Shown here: positions 51,390 through 62,479 of the stretch, one piece after another
How the letters are laid out: each line of letters opens with the position of its first letter
How positions within the stretch are numbered: position 1 is the first letter of the stretch
Assembly (NCBI RefSeq): GCF_006345805.1
Contig: NC_043000.1
Location: 164,424,001-164,488,000 of the forward strand
Reading direction: 5' to 3'
DNA: 64,000 nt
From: Octopus sinensis
Taxonomy: Eukaryota
Notes under the pieces: generated by a model
Databases searched by the model: none
What the model saw: only the letters and a program-made list of their open reading frames with translations
What the model was told of the DNA's origin: nothing
Translations under genes and position numbers: made by a program

Positions 51390-52944
51390 CATACACACAC
51401 ACACACACTCATATATACACATACATACATGCATACACATGTATATATGCACACAATCAAAACTAAAGTACTATATATACCTTCATTTATACACCTGTAC
51501 ATATATAGTATATGATATAATAGAGCAACGACAACAACACAAATAATTATTATGTCAGTACTACACCTACTAATAAATGATTCTGTTATAAGTGTGTATA
51601 TGCATGCATGTGTGTATGTATATGTATGCATATATATATGTGTGTGTGTGCCTATATATGTGAGTATATATATATTATATGTGTGTGTGTATATTTATAT
51701 ATACCTAAGTTAGTCCTCTGAACTTCCACCCACCTCTCCTCTCTTGCTCTGGCACCTACTTCCTCTCTTCACTCCTACTCACATTCTCCCTTCCACCCTT
51801 TATCATTATCCCATCCCACCCCACCCCATCTGTTAGACCCACTCTTGCCTCCCCCACACCCCAACACCACCCTGCACACACTAGCACTGACCACTTCCCA
51901 GCACCTACACCATCATCCGCACACGTCACTGTCACCATCCCCCCTCCACACTCCAGGTAAAACTTCTGTGCAAATTATGTTAATTCTTGCAGTGTTTACC
52001 TGCAAATTTACAGCTCAAATCCAATTGAAATTATCTATTGTGTACTTTGTGTCTGTGGTGAGCATATTTAAAAAACCTGATCTTCGATATAAACTTGAAA
52101 GGAAATTTTCCCAGAAATCTTTCCTTTACCTCTTCTTTCCAGCATGTCTGAGGTGACATTCCCCCACCCCTTATTTTTTTCCTAAATTTCTTCCGATTCC
52201 AATGTTTGCAATACAGGAGATTATGATTTCACCCACAAAACACATCCTCAATATTTTAATTTTGTCCCTCTTCACACAAAATTCAATTCTTACATTTTTC
52301 AGATTTTTATTCTTGGTAATCCATGGAGAAAAATACAGAGAGTAGGAATCTTTTTTTACCCATCACCTCACCACTTTTAAAAAGCTACGCACTTCCAATG
52401 TTTCACTTTTAGCTTTTTGGAAAGCAGGGAAGTTTCTTCAGAAATAATGTCATTTATCTGTTGTTTCTAGCACGTCGGGTTTTCTGGTGGTGGTCTGGTA
52501 CATTATAAGTCTACTATTTCAGTAGAATTCTATGCATATGGGAAACATCAGACAAACATGAAAGATTAGGAGGTTTTAGCTTTTTGAAAGCTGGTAGGTG
52601 ATGTGTGGGGGAAGGGGCATTGAGAAAAATTAAACTAAATATATTTATATATTTCTCAGATTCCTAATGTCTGTATTTTTCTGTGTAGATAGCAAAAAAA
52701 AAAAAAAATTTTTAATGTTACAAATTAAGAAATTTGAAAATGTGATTTCTGGAGAAAATCGTATCAACCCCCTTTTATACAATGAAGCAATATTTAGTTT
52801 CTGATCCTTCTTAAGAATAGAAAGCACTTTCATGCAAACCCATGCAAATTGTACCCTTCCCACCCTTCACTATTAAACAAACAATAACTTCCATTATATA
52901 TATATATATAATATATATATATATATTATATATATATATATATA

Positions 52945-54166
52945 TTAGGTTGTCCCAAAAGTTCGTAAACACTTGCGAAAATTGAATTTTTACTCGCCAA
53001 GTACTAACAAAAACAACAAAAATTATTCCTCAAAATAAAGACCATTATTTCCCAAGACTTTCTGCCATCGATCTGCAAGCTGTCGAATCAGGTCAAAGTA
53101 CCATTCAGCCGGCTTCGAATCAAAGAATATATGACACGCTTCCTCGACTTCATTAAACGAGTCAAATCGGTGGCCCTTAAGAAAGTGTTGCATTGAGCGG
53201 AAAAGGCCGTAATCTGATGGAGCACAGTCAGGACTGTAGGCTGGATGTGGCAGAACCTCAACGCCAGCCATCTCTTCAAACTTGTCTTTGGTCTTCCTGG
53301 CGGTGTGTGACTTGGCATTGTCCTGCTGCATCAAAGCGCGCTTTCGGTTGATCAGAGCCGGGTACTTTTGCTTCAACATTTCGTAGACCCGCTCCAGTTG
53401 CTGACAGTAACGTTCGGCACTGATGGCACGACCACTCGGAACCAACTCAAAATGCACGATTCCTTCAAAGTTCCACCAAACGCACAACATGACTTTCTTG
53501 CCGAATCGATCTTGTTTTGGAACCGACGATGTCTCTTGCTCTTTCTGAACCCATCGCTTGTCTCAATTGTGCTGGACCAGATAGACCCATTTCTCGTCCG
53601 AAGTCACAATGCGCTTCCAAAACCAGTCGTCCAATGGATTGCTGAGCAATTGACGGCAAATTTCAACTCGTCTGTTGGCTTGTGCTTCGGTGAGTTCGTG
53701 TGGATCTTGGCGCGGCTTTTTGTGAACAAAATCAAGTTGCCTCAAGTGTCGGTGAATTGTTGATTTGCCAACTCCAAGCTCATCAGCCAATTCTCGAGTA
53801 CTCGATGAAGGCGCAATGTTCAACCCGGTTTGTAAGTCTCCATCATCTAACTTTAACGGCCGTCCCGAACGAGGCTTATCTTCAAGAGTCATGTCGCCAG
53901 AATCGAAACGCTTGTACCACTTTGAGATCGCCGCATATGCAATTGTTCCTTCACCTTCGGCAGCACAAATCCCTTCTGCAGCTTTTCTGGTTGAAAGACC
54001 TCGCTTCCAGTAGTAACGAATCAAAACTCGCAGCTCAATTTTATTCATGGGCATCTGGAATATAAAGATGAAGGTAACTATAACAATATAAACCCAAACA
54101 AACAATTAAAAATTGCATAAAAATTCAAATTTTCGCAAGTGTTTACGAACTTTTGGGACAACCTTA
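52945..54166 (-). mobile_element. Near-intact mariner-like element
   Basis: TIRs t(t/a)aggttgtcccaaaagttcgtaaacacttgcgaaaatt with TA on both sides, 1222 bp. Confidence 0.96.
53023..54054 (-). pseudogene. Mariner transposase (343 codons) with a single in-frame TGA at 53563-53565
   Basis: ORFs 53563..54105 and 53023..53490 share one frame. Motifs PRSGRP, TSDEKW, QQDNA, YSPDCAPSDY. Confidence 0.92.
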
Positions 54167-54168
54167 TA

Positions 54169-54440
54169 TTATAGCCTCAGGCCAACCAGGGTCTTGTGAA
54201 TGGATTTCGTACATGGAAACTGAAAGAAGACTATTGTATATTTGTGTGTCCGTGTTTGTACCCCCACCATTGCTTGACAACCGATGTTGCTGTGTTTACA
54301 TTCCTGTAACTTAGCAATTCAGCAAAAAAATTGATAGAATAAGTACTAGGCTTACAAAGAATAAATCCTGTGGTCAATTTGTTTGACCAACAGCAGTGCT
54401 CCAGCATGGCTGCAGTCATATGATTGAAACAAGTAAAACA
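54169..54440 (+). mobile_element. Family-1 SINE, head missing, abutting the mariner end
   Basis: tatagcctcaggccaacc...gaaacaagtaaaa. Confidence 0.75.
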
Positions 54441-54466
54441 AAAAAAAAAAACTATGCCATTTTAAT

Positions 54467-54494
54467 CCCGAGCAAGGCTGGGTATCTCTGCTAG
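54467..54494 (+). mobile_element. Orphan Helitron 3' terminus
   Basis: cccgagcaaggctggg-tatctctg-CTAG|T: same hairpin/CTAG layout as the two other Helitron ends. No matching 5' end identified. Confidence 0.55.
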
Positions 54495-54600
54495 TATGGA
54501 ATACAATACAGCTCTCTGTAAAATAATTCTTTGTACTATATTTCTATGTAATGAAACGCTATTTAATACAAATCTAACCAATTTATTTTTATCTTTTCAG

Positions 54601-54672
54601 TTACACCACAAAGCCCATGTTTGATCTTCCTCAATGGCTCCATCCGAAAACAGTACTCTTGATATCGCAAAG
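54601..54672 (+). CDS. Candidate upstream exon carrying the start codon (ATG 54634, MAPSENSTLDIAK) of the 56208 gene
   Basis: Strong acceptor 'tttatttttatcttttcag|' ending 54600. ATG 54634 to AAG|GT at 54672/54673 is 39 nt (phase 0), matching the 56208 exon. Alternative: ATG 54617 with donor at 54653, also phase 0. Confidence 0.45.
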
Positions 54673-54844
54673 GTTCTCTATCCATTTCTATCTTGATATA
54701 ACATTGAAATAATTCTATTTAGTAACAGAAGAGTTAAAATAGTTCTGAAGTGATTTTTTTAAATTTCAGTTTCTTTCCCTAAAAGCATAGCTGAGTGGAT
54801 TGAGAAGTTTACCTTAGCTTACCTCATCTTTTACCTTATTTTCG

Positions 54845-55453
54845 ACCACTGGAGACAGCCAAATGAAGCATTTGGCCCAGACTACCTTCTTCCAACTGTT
54901 AAACAAGGAGGAGCATCTGTAATGATCTGGTGTGTGTGTGTGGGGGGGGGGGTGCTATATCTTGGAAATCTGCCAGCCCAGGGGTTTCCCTTTGATGGTA
55001 GAATTAATAGTCAAAACTATTTAAGCATTTTATCTGATCAAATTCATCCTATGGTTGCGGAACTGTTTCTGGAGGGCAACGAAATCTTTCAGCATGATAA
55101 TGCACCAATTCACACAGCTTAAGTTGTCACTGAATGGTACGAGGAACATTCTAGTGAAGTTGAACATCTTACCTGGCCACCACAGTCCCCAGATCTCAAT
55201 ATTATTGAACATTTACGGTGCATTTTAGTAAAACAAGTAAGGAGTCGATATCCTCCACCACCATCACTACAAGAACTAGAGACTGTTTTAGCTGAAGAAT
55301 GGACAAAAATTCCTTTGGAAACATTTCAAACTTTGTACGAGTCCATACTTCATAGAATTCAAGCTGTAATTACTGCCAAAGGCAGTCCTTCCCCATATTA
55401 AAATAAATTTGTTTGTAATTTTAAGGCGTTTCCATTATTTTGTCCAACCCCTG
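54845..55453 (+). mobile_element. 5'-truncated Tc1-like element (DD36E spacing)
   Basis: TVKQGGASVMIW, QHDNAPIHTA and WPPQSPDLNIIEH. Right TIR gtttccattattttgtccaacccctg followed by TA at 55454-55455. Confidence 0.85.
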
Positions 55454-55806
55454 TACACACACACACACACAATGGGCTTCTTTCAAAGGTTTTGGTCAGC
55501 ATGAGGCTATAGCAAAAGACATTTGCCTAAGGTGTCACACAGTGAGACTGAACCCGGAACCATGTGGTTGGGAAGCAAGCTTCTTACCACACAGCCACGC
55601 CTGTGTCATGTACTTAGGGCAAGTATGTTTGGTTTAGTAGGACTCATTTTCAAGATATGTCTGTAGCAAGGCTTCCATTCAACACTACATTCTAATAAAC
55701 TTTCAGCAATGAATTTCAGTGCAAATTCTTCACATGTACCATAATCTACATCTACTTAATGATTCTTTCATCACTATTTATTTCACCAAGTATAGTGAAG
55801 TAGATG

Positions 55807-55848
55807 CTTTGCTGAAGAGGCCATATAGGTCTGAAACAATGTCCAGAG
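55807..55848 (+). ncRNA. Minimal type I hammerhead-ribozyme-like motif
   Basis: ctttg CTGAAGA ggcc-atata-ggtc t GAAAC aat GTC cagag. Stem I CUUUG/CAGAG and all core nucleotides present; one extra U before GAAA. Confidence 0.5.
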
Positions 55849-56207
55849 TTGTCTTCTGTATTTGCTGAAATAATTAAAATCATATTAGTCATTGAGCTAA
55901 TGTTGTCTCTTTCTTATCTCATGAGTTTTTCTAATTACATTTATTGCTGTTCATTGCATTAAATATGTTTATGCTAACGTTACTAAAAAAAACAATTGTC
56001 ACTTTTATGATGCTGCAGTTACTTAGTGGTGAGTTATCACTAACCTCTTGTACCTGTCCATAGCTGAGTAGTCTGAGCTATTTTGAAAATTAAGCATCTT
56101 GACCATGGGATACAATGCAGTGTCTGTGATGAGATGTAAACATATATTTAAGCTGTAGGCTGGAATTATATGGCTCATTAATATTTGTTATGTTTCTTAC
56201 ATTGCAG

Positions 56208-58583
56208 GAATCCGAGAAAGCAGATAGCGTTGTCCAGTGTGTTACTGAGTCACTGACTGACATTCTAGCAGGCAATATCAAATTGTCTGCATTATCAAAA
56301 TGTTCTAATGTCAAGCTGACCTATGTCCTTTATGGAAGACTGCTGGATTATATCAAGATCCAGCCTATGAAAACAACAGAGACATTAATTGTCATCCTCA
56401 AGTTTCTCTTTCCGGATCTCGTGCCTTTCTTACCAAACCGGATTGCTGCATTTTCTGCATCAATCCGTCTCTACATTGAACGGGCTCGCAAACTTGGTAA
56501 CTTGGAATCCATTTACCAACCAATCTCAAGTCTTTATGCTGCTAAGCTTGAGGCAGAGTGGGAGGATTTTACGAAATGGGGAGTCACAAAATCCATGCTT
56601 ATAACTGGCCCATTAGTTCCTCGGTCTGGCTCTAAAACGACTCTAGCTAATAAGCACATAGTAATATTATGTCGCCTACGAAATTCCTATCATCTCTGCT
56701 GGTTTAAAGTCGTTCCCAAATGGCTGCATTTCTTTGGAATTCTGAACAGCAAAGTGTTATTAAAACCAATGGATATCAAAAGACAGTGGACACAAATTCT
56801 TGAGCAAGCAGAGCAACTAGAAGGGGAAGAATTAAACATTTTCCTGGAAACACCTTATCAGTTACCACTTCCTAGCAAATCTCAAAGATCTTTCAAACTG
56901 GAACAAACGAATGATTCTATTCCAGCTGATATTTCAGTAACTTGTAATAATGTTGGAAAAGACACCCCCAGTTTAGCTGATCTTCCACAAAGCAGATGTT
57001 CTTCATATTGCAAAGAAAGTACTTGGGCTCAGAATCTGCGTCAAAAAGTTGATGAGCTCCAGTTACTTCTTGAGAATAAAAACAAAGAAATGACTTCTTT
57101 TCTCAATAAACTGACTGAGAAAGAAAAGACAATCGACTACTTAACATTACGACTTTCTAAAATGAAAATCGTGAAAAATCATTGGTTGATGAAATATCGC
57201 AGACTTGCTGGAGTCAATCTCTTTGCAGAAGACTCTGAGTTTGATGTGAATTTGCAACACACTGAAAAAGTGAAGGAAAATGCAAAGTGTATACGTCGGA
57301 CTGTGAACTTAGGGTGTTCAAATGAGAGTTCTAAATTTGTGGACAAGTTCTTAGATGACGGTTTTGTTGAACAACTTTTGGAATGTGTTATTGCTCATGG
57401 CTTGAACATTGATCTAAGTTCTAATGTTGTTTTGATGTTTCTACAAGAACTAGTTATCCACAGCGAAAGGAAATTGTTGAATAACCTTGAGTTTTTGCAG
57501 AATGGCTATCTGAATGCTGAACCAAATGTTATGCTGAATTATAACAGCTTGTCATCTTCAACAAGCAATGATGACACTTTAATAACAAACCAGGTAGGGT
57601 CATCGACAACATGTAACTCACCTGTCGTTAATAACACTAACTGTCTTCACACTCCTTCTTTCTCCTCTCATGATGCTTTATATCCAGACGTTGATGCATC
57701 TCTCCTCAATGATAAATGGTCTGATCTATATGAAAAAACTTGTGAGATTTCACAGATAGATCCTAAAATTCTGTCAGAGGCAACTTCTGGGAAAAACTGC
57801 CAAGATGGAGACTGGCCACCCAAAGTTTCTGAAACTTCACCCATTGAAATTCTTGATAATTCTAGTATTTTGCTCAATGCAGAACTTTTCTCTAAAATGG
57901 CTCTGACAAAGTCTGATTCTGTTACAGGTGAAATTCTTCCAGATACTTCATACACAGCCTGGGACACAGAAAAATCAATTGCTGAACTTTCTAAAAATCT
58001 TGTAGAATCAGATTACCCTGTTTCTGGGTTTTCCTCTACACCTAATGATGTTACAACAGCTTCAGATGCGAAAAGCTTGTTTGAGATGAACACTTCTAAA
58101 AATCTTCAAAAAACGTTTGGTCACAAAACTCCCATTTTCAAAGCAAAAGATTACAATGAAGTTGATGATATCTCAACTGTTGGTGACATCTGGTCTTACA
58201 ACAAATTCTACAAACATAACAACAATTATCTTGAAGAAAAGAATTATTTTCAGTCTTCTGAATTCAATAATAATTACATAGACATAACTGCTGATTCTGA
58301 TGGGACCAGTGACATTGAGCCAAAACCAAATAGCAACAGGGAACAAGACATTGACAGAAAAGAGTCAAACAGATTGCATACAGAAAGAGGACAATTAGCA
58401 GAGAAAATTAATGTGACTACTGATGAGGTTTCAGGAGTATGTACAGATGGTTTTCTATCAGAAACATCAATAAACACAATAAAATCTAAACCATACCCTC
58501 TAAAAGACCCTACAAATTTAAAGAAACGACCGCGTGGAAGACCTAAAAGTTTGAAACGCATGAAAATTCAAAAGACATCATAA
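56208..58583 (+). CDS. Large terminal coding exon of an uncharacterised probable nuclear protein (~791 aa: helical N-terminal region, coiled coil, Ser/Asn/Asp-rich tail, C-terminal AT-hook)
   Basis: Uninterrupted 2.4-kb ORF in AT-rich DNA. Acceptor 'tatgtttcttacattgcag|GAA' ends at 56207 (phase 0). Heptad-like stretch WAQNLRQKVDELQLLLENKNKEMTSFLNKLTEKEKTIDYL, KKRPRGRPK near the C-terminus, AATAAA at 58617-58622. Confidence 0.85.
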   Translation, partial: ESEKADSVVQCVTESLTDILAGNIKLSALSKCSNVKLTYVLYGRLLDYIKIQPMKTTETLIVILKFLFPDLVPFLPNRIAAFSASIRLYIERARKLGNLESIYQPISSLYAAKLEAEWEDFTKWGVTKSMLITGPLVPRSGSKTTLANKHIVILCRLRNSYHLCWFKVVPKWLHFFGILNSKVLLKPMDIKRQWTQILEQAEQLEGEELNIFLETPYQLPLPSKSQRSFKLEQTNDSIPADISVTCNNVGKDTPSLADLPQSRCSSYCKESTWAQNLRQKVDELQLLLENKNKEMTSFLNKLTEKEKTIDYLTLRLSKMKIVKNHWLMKYRRLAGVNLFAEDSEFDVNLQHTEKVKENAKCIRRTVNLGCSNESSKFVDKFLDDGFVEQLLECVIAHGLNIDLSSNVVLMFLQELVIHSERKLLNNLEFLQNGYLNAEPNVMLNYNSLSSSTSNDDTLITNQVGSSTTCNSPVVNNTNCLHTPSFSSHDALYPDVDASLLNDKWSDLYEKTCEISQIDPKILSEATSGKNCQDGDWPPKVSETSPIEILDNSSILLNAELFSKMALTKSDSVTGEILPDTSYTAWDTEKSIAELSKNLVESDYPVSGFSSTPNDVTTASDAKSLFEMNTSKNLQKTFGHKTPIFKAKDYNEVDDISTVGDIWSYNKFYKHNNNYLEEKNYFQSSEFNNNYIDITADSDGTSDIEPKPNSNREQDIDRKESNRLHTERGQLAEKINVTTDEVSGVCTDGFLSETSINTIKSKPYPLKDPTNLKKRPRGRPKSLKRMKIQKTS

Positions 58584-59992
58584 AACTCCTGTTGTAATTA
58601 CTCAGAGTTCTATTAGAATAAAAAGTAAGGCTGTGTTTGACAAAAAAAAATGGGGGGGGGATATAGAAACATTTCACTCAATGATGAAATTGTTACAGTA
58701 TAAAACATTAAAAACAGATATTCATCCTTCAGTATATAACTTACATCACATTGTTAATTGTGTGTACAGTTATTTCAACAAATGTGTGTATGTTTATATA
58801 CACGTGTGTGTGTGTGTGTGTGTGCATGCGCACAAGAGTGAGTATGTGTGTAATACATGCACAAATATATATGTGAATGTGTGTGTATTTGGTGCCCCAG
58901 CATGACTACAGGTGACTGACTGAAACTAGTAAATGGATGTATGTATGTATATGCGTGTGTATGTATGTATATATATATGTATATATGTATGTATATAAGT
59001 ATATATATGTGTGTGTATATATATATATGTATATGCACATATTTTATATATATATATATATATATATACATACACATATATTATTCATATATATATATAT
59101 ATATATATATATAGCAAAATGGCCCATTTTTGGTTCTTTCTAAAATCAATTTGCAATATGGCTTGTTAGGTCTGCTTCATCCATAAAAAGATTTCACCTA
59201 GAATTGATGTCTCTCATGTATTTTTTTAGCAATTAATTAAAACCGTATGTTTAGTTCTATTAGAGAAAGTCTATAATCAAAGTTTTCCATGTCACCTTCA
59301 GACGTCTGCAACTTTCTTTCATTTTGCTTGAGCTGGACAAATCTTTTACACTGTTTCAAATTGAAATAAAATCATGAAAATATTTGAACAAAGCGCTATT
59401 CTCCGTTTTAAAATGTGCCAACAGAAAAATATCTGTATAATTGCTCACCTTGCTAGAAATAGCTGCCAAATATCCCCCATATCATTCCACTTTCTTAAGA
59501 TGAGCACTTATTGGTTATAACCATCAATTATTGGTTTGATGGCCACTTTACTGTGCTGTATGAATCCATCTCCTTTGGTCAACATGCAGGGTTAAAAATA
59601 TGTCAGAGTAAAGGACTGACTGGTCATAGTCGGGACACGTTTGATTGTAAGTTTATTCAATCAGAGTTAAACTGCAACATTGTATATCAGTTATTTTTAT
59701 TTGAATTATTTCAATAGTAGGAGGGCATCCTCCTTTTCAGACTTTCTCATACTGATGAGATAATGTAGTTGGTATTTAACTAGAATTTCTATAGATTGAT
59801 AAAGGCAAGGGATGGGATTGTAGAGGAATGCTGTTCAGGGAAGGAACATTGTGCAAAATGTTTAGTGTAAGATATGAGAGATGGAGTATCCACTCCAATT
59901 TGGATTGTCTATCATGTCCAAACTTTTCAGTTAACTGAGTTCCCTTCTTTGTATTTTAGATTTTAAACACCACTAGGAGTTTTTCTCTACTA

Positions 59993-60194
59993 CCATATTT
60001 TCTGGCATACAAGTACAATTTTTCAGACCAAAATTTACTGTCAAAAAAGGTAGGTCAACTTATAGACCAAGACAACTTTGAATGACCAAAACTTCCATGT
60101 GAAATGCAACAGGATTTGGAAAGATAGTGATGCTGTTTGAATAGTAATATTACATGTTTACACTACATCAACTTATATGCCAGAAAACAGAGTA
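59993..60194. mobile_element. pogo/Tigger-like MITE
   Basis: Inverted repeat ttttctggcatacaagt / acttatatgccagaaaa (1 mismatch), TA at the left end. Confidence 0.5.
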
Positions 60195-60844
60195 GAATTA
60201 ACAAGAGGAAGAAAGATTAATATGTTGAGTGGACCCAAAGTAAAATGAGGTATACACTTCAATTTGTATTGTCGATAGTGTCCAAAACTTTCAATCAACT
60301 GACTTTGTTAAAGTTTTCTTTATATTTTAGATTTCAAACATTCCTAGAGATTTTATATTTACTAATTGTTTTGATAATTCCAGTTGATTGAAGTTTTACA
60401 ACAACCAATGTTGCATATGTGAAATCCTATTGTATATGCAACTAAATTCGCTCAGAGAAACAGAAGCCATTGCTCTTGTAATAATAGAAAGGCCAGAGAG
60501 AAAAAAGTTTGTGAGCCATTAGTTGCAGTGTGCTCCAGTGATTTCTCCATCTCATTCTTAAAAACGAATATTTGTCTTTGTATTTTGTGTCTTCTCTTAT
60601 TCTTAACTTTTGTCTGATTTTGATGTTTTTCACAAGTTCTCTAATGCAACAACAATAATGGTTTCAAATTATGGCACAAGGCCAACAGTTTTAAGGGAGC
60701 AGTAAGTTGATTACATTGACTCCAAAAGGATGTCTACCTTGGCTGAATTTCAACTAAGAATGTAATAACCCTGAAGAAATGTCACTAAGTATTTTGTCTG
60801 ACTTGCTAATATTTTTGCCAACATGGAATAACAATAATGATATA

Positions 60845-61170
60845 AAAGACCCCCTTCAGTCATGAATGACCATGGGATCACACCTAGAAAGTTACCCTTC
60901 AAGGCACAAGTCTAGGCTAGGTTATTTATGGAAGACTAGCACTCATCCATACATACCAGCCTCCTCTCTCAATGCCACCAATATTATCCAAGGGAAAGGT
61001 AAAGGGGCCAATCCATCTTGGCACCAGTGATGTTGCAACTCATTGCTACAGCTGAGTGAACTGGAATAACATGGAATAAAGTGTCTTCCTCAAGAACACA
61101 ACACATGGCTCGGTCTGGGAATCCTACTCACTACCTCATGATTGTGAGCTCAATACTAACCACTGACCTT
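60845..61170 (-). mobile_element. tRNA-derived SINE, family 2
   Basis: Homologous to 25016-25335 along its length, with CpG decay. Confidence 0.75.
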
Positions 61171-62479
61171 CACCATATGTAATACATTCATGATTTATAG
61201 TTTAGTCTGAAGATGAAAGATGCTCAAAGGTGGCAGCAGTGGTAATGACTCAGAGGTGGAATGGATTGACGTTTTATTTAGCCCTGATTGAGTCAACCAA
61301 TCATCAAAGTATCCTTCCTTTGTTAAACAATAGGGTGCAATTTGATGGGGAGTTTGGCTTCTAGCAGGTTGATTGACTTTAGTGAAAGTGTTCACCTACT
61401 AAGCTCTGCTTGAAGTATCTATTTGACTGAAACCTTGATGTCATATTGTTCAACTTTATGATTGTATGTGGCTGTGAGGTTTAGAAGTTTGCTTCCCAAC
61501 CGTATGATTTTAGGTTCAGTCCCGTTATGTGGCATCTTGTGTAGGTATCTTTTACTATAACACCTGGCTAACTAAAGCCTTGTGTGTTGATATGGTTGAC
61601 AGAAAGTGAAAGAAGCTTGCTGTGTGTGTAAGTATGTATTTTTTGAATGTGTATAAATATGTGTGTTTTTATGTCTTCATATTGTACACAAGTGTATAGT
61701 AGTACATAAGTGTCACCATTGTACAAGCATTTCCAATCTTTCATGAAAAATATGCTCAGCCATGAGGAAATGTTACTTTGCTTTGAAACAAGTGAAGTTG
61801 ACAATAGGAAGAGCATTCTGCCATGGAAAATCTGCCTCAACAAATTTCATTTGATCCATAGTAATATCTTGGCTGTGTCTACATTTGGAGAGGTACACAG
61901 TTTATTTTTGATTGTTGTTTGCATTGTAATGTTTTCCATGTGATGGTTGAGTCCATAGTTTTCTTAGTATTAGCAGGCATGGCACACAATTCATCCATAT
62001 AAGGTCCTCTCACACACCACAATTAATGGAAGGGTTAACATCAATCAACAAGTATAGGCCTTGTCAGTTCAAGCTACTTCCCAAACAATACAGTTTTAAC
62101 ATCCATCAAGTGCAGGGTTTCTTAGGCTAAGTTTGATTTTTATGTCTCCCCTTTTCAGGCAAAGCTTGATGTATTGATGAACAGTCAGCTGATGTGGAAG
62201 CTATCTGAATATTGGAAAAGTGGGATCTATATCTGCTCTGCAACCAGTATACTGTGACACACTTATGTGTCACGAGGTGATGCTACGTATGTTGCAGAGT
62301 AACCGAAGCAATTTTTTTCCCTATGCTTTTAGTTCAGGTGTGCTGCCGAATTTTGAAGTGTACCGCAAGTGAAAAAACAAATTTGGAGCACTGATTTTAT
62401 ATTATGATGATTTGTGCTAGGCATCAAAATGCCATCATGATGGCTGCTCAGTGCTCTGCAGAGAACAGTGACACATTAA

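Noticed and set aside
56190-56207. ATG 56190 as the start of the 797-aa ORF
   Set aside because: It lies within the polypyrimidine tract/acceptor; splicing at 56207 is more plausible.
62159-62260. Strong acceptor (ccccttttcag) as a further coding exon
   Set aside because: All frames close within ~32 codons, and the upstream gene already has a stop and poly(A) signal.
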